A DNA stretch of 64,000 nt from Dehalococcoidia bacterium (lineage in GTDB: Bacteria > Chloroflexota > Dehalococcoidia > DSTF01 > JACRBR01). Both the position numbers and the translations under genes were made by a program. The notes beneath the pieces were generated by a model. That model did no database searches. It had not been told where the DNA came from and saw nothing but the letters and a program-made list of their open reading frames with translations. Shown one piece after another: positions 58,777-64,000 of this stretch; position 1 is the stretch's first letter, and each line of letters begins with the position of its first letter. The stretch covers positions 1-64,000 of the forward strand of contig JBGQBE010000003.1 of assembly GCA_041494685.1 (NCBI GenBank), in the 5' to 3' direction.

Positions 58777-59853
58777 ATGTTTGACCGGCTGGAAGCAACA
58801 GAACAGCGCTACGAAGACCTGACGCAGGAGCTGGCGCGCCCCGAGATATCCGGCGACTACGAGAAGTTGCAGGCGATCGCGAAGGAGCGCGCCGCCATCG
58901 AGCAGGTCGTGACGCTGTACCGCGAATGGCGCGCGAACGGCAAGGCGCTGGAGGAAGCGCGATCCGTCATCGGCGACAGCGACCCGGAGCTGGCGGCGCT
59001 GGCCAAGGAAGAGGTCGAGTCGCTGACGGCGCAGCGCGGCGACCTGGAGACGAGGCTCAAGCGCGCGCTGGTGCCGAAGGACCCGCGCGACGACCGCGAC
59101 GTGATCGTCGAGATCCGGGCCGGCACGGGCGGCGACGAGGCGGCGCTCTTCGCGGCGGACCTGTTCCGCATGTACTCGCGCTACGCCGACCGGCGCCGCT
59201 GGGGCGTGGAAGTGCTGTCCGTCAACGAGATCGGCATCGGCGGCATTAAGGAAGTAGTGTTCGAGGTGCATGGCACGGGCGCGTATTCGCGGCTGAAGTA
59301 CGAGAGCGGCGTGCACCGCGTCCAGCGCGTGCCGGAGACGGAGGCGCAGGGCCGCATCCACACATCGACGGCGACGGTGGCCGTGCTGCCGGAGGCGGAG
59401 GAAGTGGAGGTGCAGGTGAACGAATCGGACCTGCGGATCGATAAGTTCCACTCCGGGGGCGCGGGCGGTCAGAACGTCAACAAAGTGGAGACGGCGATCC
59501 GCATCACGCACCTGCCGACCGGCATCGTCGTCGTGTGCCAGGACGAGCGCTCGCAGTTGAAGAACCGCACGAAGGCGATGTCCGTGCTGCGGGCGCGCCT
59601 GCTGGACCAGAGGCAGAGCGCGCAGGCGGAGGAGATCGCGGGCGCGCGGAAGCAACAGGTGGGCAGCGCCGAGCGGTCGGAGAAGATCCGGACGTACAAC
59701 TTCCCCCAGGACCGGCTGACCGACCACCGCGTGGGACTGACCACGCACAACCTGCCGCGTATCATGGACGGAGAGATCGACGACGTCATCGACGCCGTGT
59801 CGGCCGACGTGGAGGCGCGCCAGCTCGAAGCGAGTGGCGCGGAGGCACGATGA
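58777..59853 (+). CDS. prfA: peptide chain release factor 1
   Basis: GGQ motif, RF1-specific PxT (RVPETE), [11 protein letters not shown]; alternative GTG start at 58771. Confidence 0.97.
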   Translation: MFDRLEATEQRYEDLTQELARPEISGDYEKLQAIAKERAAIEQVVTLYREWRANGKALEEARSVIGDSDPELAALAKEEVESLTAQRGDLETRLKRALVPKDPRDDRDVIVEIRAGTGGDEAALFAADLFRMYSRYADRRRWGVEVLSVNEIGIGGIKEVVFEVHGTGAYSRLKYESGVHRVQRVPETEAQGRIHTSTATVAVLPEAEEVEVQVNESDLRIDKFHSGGAGGQNVNKVETAIRITHLPTGIVVVCQDERSQLKNRTKAMSVLRARLLDQRQSAQAEEIAGARKQQVGSAERSEKIRTYNFPQDRLTDHRVGLTTHNLPRIMDGEIDDVIDAVSADVEARQLEASGAEAR

Positions 59854-60131
59854 GCGACGCACTGGAGCGGCACCGGCTCGAGATCGAGTTCTGCACGCAG
59901 TGCCGGTTCCAGGGCCGCGCGTTCTGGATGGCGCGCGAGCTGTTCGACCAGGTGCCGGAGATCGCCGAGGAGATCGTGCTGATCCCGTCGACGGGCGGCG
60001 TGTTCATCGTGCGCTTCGACGGCGAGGTGGTGGCCGACTACAAGACCACCGGCCGCTTCCCGGAGCCGAAAGACGTGCGCGAAGCGATCCTCGCCGCCAG
60101 CGGCCGGCCGCCCCGGCCGCGCTCGCACTGA
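59850..60131 (+). CDS. SelT/SelW/SelH (Rdx) family protein, Cys form
   Basis: [21 protein letters not shown]. Confidence 0.88.
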   Translation: MSDALERHRLEIEFCTQCRFQGRAFWMARELFDQVPEIAEEIVLIPSTGGVFIVRFDGEVVADYKTTGRFPEPKDVREAILAASGRPPRPRSH

Positions 60132-60136
60132 CCCGC

Positions 60137-60994
60137 ATGGCTACCGCCGGCGAACTCACCCACGCCGCCGCGCAGCGCCTCGCTGCAGCCGGCATAGATG
60201 ACGCGCGCCTCGAGGCAGAGGTGCTCTTCGCGCAGGCGCTGGGGTCGGACCGCGTGCACGTGCTGGCGGCGCTGCACGATCCCGTGCGGGAGGACGCGAC
60301 GCGGACGTTCGGGGCGCTGATCGAACGGCGGTTGCGGCACGAGCCGCTGGCGTACATCGTCGGGCATCGCGAGTTCTACGGCATCGACATCGAGTGCGCT
60401 CCGGGCGCGCTGATCCCACGGCCGGAGACGGAGATGCTGGTCGAGATCGCCCTGGCAGAGGTGCGGGCGCGCGGCGCGGCGCTGCGTCTCGTGGACGTGG
60501 GGACGGGCAGCGGTGCGATCGCCGTTGCGATCGCGGTGAACGCGCCGGACGTGCGCGTACTGGCGATCGACGCGTCGGAGCCGGCGCTGGCGGTGGCGCG
60601 GCGCAACGTGCAGCGGCATGGCGTCGCGGCGCGCGTGGAGCTGCGGGCCGGCGACCTGCTGGGCGGGCAGGGTCAGTTCGACGTGATCGTGGCGAACCTG
60701 CCGTACGTAAGCGGGGCAGATTGGCGCGCCCTGCCGCCGGAGATCCGCGACCACGAGCCGCAGGAGGCGCTGACGCCGGGGCCCCTGGGGACGGAGGCGG
60801 TCGCGGCGCTGCTCGCGCAGGCGCCCGCGCATCTCGCCCCCGGTGGCGCGCTGGCGGCAGAGATGGGCGATACGCAAGGCGCGGCGCTGCTGGCGGAGGT
60901 GGCGCGCGCCTTCCCCGAAGCGGATCGGTACGTTATGAAGGATCTCGCAAGACTCGACCGCGTGCTGGTGGTCCGGGTGGGGAGTGGAGGCTGA
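60137..60994 (+). CDS. prmC: release factor glutamine methyltransferase
   Basis: EPLAYIVG, LIPRPETE, DVGTGSG, NLPY; downstream of prfA. Confidence 0.95.
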   Translation: MATAGELTHAAAQRLAAAGIDDARLEAEVLFAQALGSDRVHVLAALHDPVREDATRTFGALIERRLRHEPLAYIVGHREFYGIDIECAPGALIPRPETEMLVEIALAEVRARGAALRLVDVGTGSGAIAVAIAVNAPDVRVLAIDASEPALAVARRNVQRHGVAARVELRAGDLLGGQGQFDVIVANLPYVSGADWRALPPEIRDHEPQEALTPGPLGTEAVAALLAQAPAHLAPGGALAAEMGDTQGAALLAEVARAFPEADRYVMKDLARLDRVLVVRVGSGG

Positions 60995-61367
60995 TCTGGA
61001 AGCGCAGGGGTTGAGAGACGCGGTCGAGGCGCAGGCGCGCGCGCGTGTGAAGCACGACCTGGCGGCGTTCGCGTCGTACATGACGCCGCAGGCGATCGTG
61101 CAACTCGGCCGGCAGCCAGCCGTGCCGCGGCGATCGCGCTCGTTCGAGGTCGTGAGCGTCTCGGAAGACGGCGCGGACGGCATGGCGGAAGTCCGCTTCA
61201 GCGGCGGCGGAGCGTACGTGCTGCGCACGCGTTGGAAGCAGATCGACGGCCGCTGGAAGGCCGTGGAGGCCGAGATCCCGGCGGCGTCGATCCGCGTGCC
61301 GTGGTGGCGACGGATCGTCGGCGGCGGGCGGCCGGGGCCCTCGCCCGAGCGGCGTGACCTGAGTTGA
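60984..61367 (+). CDS. hypothetical protein (possibly NTF2-like fold)
   Basis: Overlaps its neighbours in an operon; helix-then-strands pattern ending RWKQIDGRWK. Confidence 0.65.
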   Translation: MEADLEAQGLRDAVEAQARARVKHDLAAFASYMTPQAIVQLGRQPAVPRRSRSFEVVSVSEDGADGMAEVRFSGGGAYVLRTRWKQIDGRWKAVEAEIPAASIRVPWWRRIVGGGRPGPSPERRDLS

Positions 61368-61975
61368 GCCCGGGTGAGCGTGCGATCGTGATCGAGAGCA
61401 GTGATCTGCGCCTCGAGAGCATGCTGCACGAGGGCGACGGCCGCCTGGCGGCGGTGATGCTGCACCCGCATCCGCAGTACGGCGGCGACATGGACAACCA
61501 CGTCGTGATGACGGTGTGTCGGACGCTGGCCGCCCATGGCGCGACGACGCTGCGCTTCAACTTCCGCGGCACGGGCGAGAGCGACGGCCAGTTCGACAAC
61601 GGCGCCGGCGAGCGCGACGACGCGCGCGCGGCGATCGCGGCGCTGCGAAGCATCGCGCCGGACGCGCCGCTCGTACTCGCCGGCTACTCCTTCGGGGCAA
61701 TGGTGGCCGTCGGCATCGCGCCGGCGTGTCCGCTCGCGGCGCTGGTACTGGTCTCGCCGCCGGTAGCGTTCGCGCCGCTGCCGCCGCTGCCGGACATCCC
61801 GACGCTGCTGATCACGGGCGAGTTCGACGACGTCGCGCCGGCGGACGCGCTGGCGGCGTCGGCCGCGCCGGGGCGGCGTGTGGTCGTGGTCGCCGGTGCG
61901 GGGCATGCGTGGTGGCCCGGGGCCGACGGCCTGTCCGCTGAATTGTTCGATTTTGCCGCTCAATTGACCGCCTGA
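61364..61975 (+). CDS. alpha/beta hydrolase
   Basis: HPHPQYGGDM, LRFNFRG.G.S, GYSFG, GAGH. Confidence 0.92.
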   Translation: MSPGERAIVIESSDLRLESMLHEGDGRLAAVMLHPHPQYGGDMDNHVVMTVCRTLAAHGATTLRFNFRGTGESDGQFDNGAGERDDARAAIAALRSIAPDAPLVLAGYSFGAMVAVGIAPACPLAALVLVSPPVAFAPLPPLPDIPTLLITGEFDDVAPADALAASAAPGRRVVVVAGAGHAWWPGADGLSAELFDFAAQLTA

Positions 61976-62025
61976 ATGGCCCGAATAGGTGTAGTCACCT
62001 AGGGAGTCCTGCCGATAACTTCAAT

Positions 62026-64000
62026 GTGAAATCGGCGGCGACTCTCCCATCTGACGCGCGCAGCGAAGTCCGGCGCATCGTCCTGGTCTCCCGGATCGCA
62101 GGGGCGCTGGTCGCGGTCATGCTCGTGATCGCGGGCCTGTACCTGAACCGCCAGTCGCCCACGTCGGCGGCGGCGGTCTTCGGCTACCTGAGCATCGCGG
62201 TGGGGACCATCGCCTTCATGAGCATCTCGACGCTCGCCCGGATGGGGCACGCGCGCGTGCTGGAACGCACGATCGAGGAAGTCGGCAAGCTGACCGAACA
62301 GTTGCGTGAACTCGCGGAGCGGGACCCGCTGACCGGGCTGTACAACCTGCGTGCGTTCAACGAACTGCTGCAGGCCGAGGTGACCGGCGCGGTGCAGGAC
62401 GGGGTGGCTGTCAGCCTGATCGTCGCGGATCTGGACAACTTCAAGCTGCTGAACGACTCGTTCGGGCACCAGTTCGGCGACGAGGTGCTGCGCGCCGCCA
62501 GCAGCCTGTTCCTGGCGGAGGGCGGGCCGCGCGCGGTGGCCGCGCGCCTCGGCGGCGACGAATTCGCGCTGCTCCTGCCGGAATCCAACCGCGACGCCGC
62601 GGTGCGGATCGCGCGGAGCATCGACACCGCGCTGGGCGCGCTGGACTTCGGCGCGGGACAGCCGCCGCCGCGTGGCAGCTTCGGGGTCGGCTCGTATCCG
62701 GCGGACGGCGACACGGTGCAGGCGCTGTTCGCGGCTGCTGACGGGCGCATGTACAGCGAGAAGCACCGCCGCAAGGCGGAGTCGCTGTCGTCGCTGGCCG
62801 GCGCGACGCGCAAGCTGTTCGTGCGGGCGGGACGGGCAATGCGCCCGAACCAGACGACCGCGCACATCCTCCAGGAGATTGCCGCGGCAGCGCGCGACGA
62901 ACTGTCGCTGAGCCTGTGCGCGATCAACATCTCGCCGCGCGCGCATCATCCGCGTGTGACGGCTTCCGCGGGCGTGTCGCCGGAGATCGAAGCGGCGTTC
63001 GCCGATGCGTCCGCCCGTGGCGCGCAGAACGCGGGGGCGGCGAGCCAGATCCTGCCTCCGGACGCGTGGCTGATCGAGACGCTGGTGCCCGACGACGGCG
63101 GAGATGGAGGCACGCTGCTGCTGGCAGGCCTGCCGACGGCGTCGTGCAGACCTGATGCGCCGATCGTCGTGGCGCTGGCGGACCTGATCCAGGCCGTTGT
63201 CGCCAACGGCCGCACGCACGTCGACGCGGTGCGGGCGGGGCGCGAGCGGGACATCCACATTGACCTTGCGCACGCGCTCGCCGGGGGCGGATCGCTGCAG
63301 GCGCGGCTATCGGCCGTGGCGCAGTTGATCGGCGACTTCATGGGCGCGTCGGCCGTAGCGATCGAGGGGCTCGACACGGATTTCCACAGCATGGCCGGCT
63401 CTTCGCCGGAGAACAGGGCGGCGTGGGACCTTGCCCGCGGATCGGACGAATGGCGCCGATTTGTGAGCCTGATGGCGCGCGTGGCTCCCTGCATCGCGGG
63501 TGACCCGCGGGACGAACCGCTCATGCCAGCGCCGCAGCGGGCGATCCTGGCCGGCAGCGGCATCCGATCGAGCGCCGTGTGCCCGGTGCGTTTCGACGGC
63601 ATGGTGCTGGGCACGCTCACGGCAGTCAGCGACACGGCTGGCTACTTTGACGAGGATCTGCTGGCCGTACTGACGACCATCGCCGATCACCTGGCGCCCG
63701 CGATCAGCGCCGCGCTGCTGCGCGATGAGCTGGAGGTGTCGTCGGCGCAACTGGAGCAGGCCAGCCGCGAGTCGCTGGCGCGGTTGGCGGACGCCGCCGA
63801 GGCGCGCGACCCGCACACCGGCGGACACCTGCGCCGCATCTGGCACTACAGCGTCGCGCTCGCGTGTGAACTGGGACTGCCGGAGGAACAGGCGCGCGCG
63901 ATCGGTCAGGCGTCGGCGGTGCACGATCTGGGCAAGCTGCGACTCAGCGACGAAGTGCTGATGCGGCCGGGAAAGCTCACGGAACTCGACTGGGAGCAGA
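62026..64000 (+). CDS. membrane GGDEF + GAF + HD-GYP c-di-GMP turnover protein (partial, runs off window)
   Basis: Open frame from GTG at 62026, not in the ORF track: 2 TM, DPLTGLYN, DLDNFK..ND.FGH..GD, RLGGDEF, GAF-like region, ARDPHTGGH...VHDLGK. Confidence 0.9.
   Translation, partial: MKSAATLPSDARSEVRRIVLVSRIAGALVAVMLVIAGLYLNRQSPTSAAAVFGYLSIAVGTIAFMSISTLARMGHARVLERTIEEVGKLTEQLRELAERDPLTGLYNLRAFNELLQAEVTGAVQDGVAVSLIVADLDNFKLLNDSFGHQFGDEVLRAASSLFLAEGGPRAVAARLGGDEFALLLPESNRDAAVRIARSIDTALGALDFGAGQPPPRGSFGVGSYPADGDTVQALFAAADGRMYSEKHRRKAESLSSLAGATRKLFVRAGRAMRPNQTTAHILQEIAAAARDELSLSLCAINISPRAHHPRVTASAGVSPEIEAAFADASARGAQNAGAASQILPPDAWLIETLVPDDGGDGGTLLLAGLPTASCRPDAPIVVALADLIQAVVANGRTHVDAVRAGRERDIHIDLAHALAGGGSLQARLSAVAQLIGDFMGASAVAIEGLDTDFHSMAGSSPENRAAWDLARGSDEWRRFVSLMARVAPCIAGDPRDEPLMPAPQRAILAGSGIRSSAVCPVRFDGMVLGTLTAVSDTAGYFDEDLLAVLTTIADHLAPAISAALLRDELEVSSAQLEQASRESLARLADAAEARDPHTGGHLRRIWHYSVALACELGLPEEQARAIGQASAVHDLGKLRLSDEVLMRPGKLTELDWEQ

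Noticed and set aside
61999..63924. Minus-strand ORFs in the last 2 kb
   Set aside because: They are shadows of the plus-strand GGDEF/HD-GYP gene
1..64000. CRISPR array or cas genes
   Set aside because: No regularly spaced 25-45 bp repeats and no cas-like ORFs were seen

Overview
GC-rich bacterial chromosomal window, probably Chloroflexota/Dehalococcoidia-like. That taxonomy is an inference from gene content (F420-type LLM, acyl-CoA dehydrogenases, archaeal-type PGM) and a GAAC-N4-GTTC LexA box. The first ~7.5 kb is accessory. It holds the probable left end of an IS30-like element, an operon of two paralogous unknown membrane proteins flanking a 2x[4Fe-4S] ferredoxin, a divergent cupredoxin lipoprotein, two displaced 3' halves of tRNA-Arg(UCG) (att-like scars) bracketing a DrrAB-like ABC exporter, and a GH24 lysozyme. 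From 8.2 to 16.6 kb lies a lipid-linked surface-glycosylation cluster that includes a GT-C/DUF3179 fusion. The remainder is mostly metabolic and housekeeping genes (purU, miaA, tpiA, apgM, dapF, comM, rel, hisS, prfA, prmC), an intact tRNA-Arg(CCG), a c-di-AMP riboswitch in front of a small CxxC protein, and a truncated GGDEF/GAF/HD-GYP gene at the right edge. The best candidates for undescribed systems are the membrane-pair/ferredoxin/cupredoxin module and the c-di-AMP riboswitch plus zinc-finger gene. All family calls come from motif recognition by eye; no searches were run.
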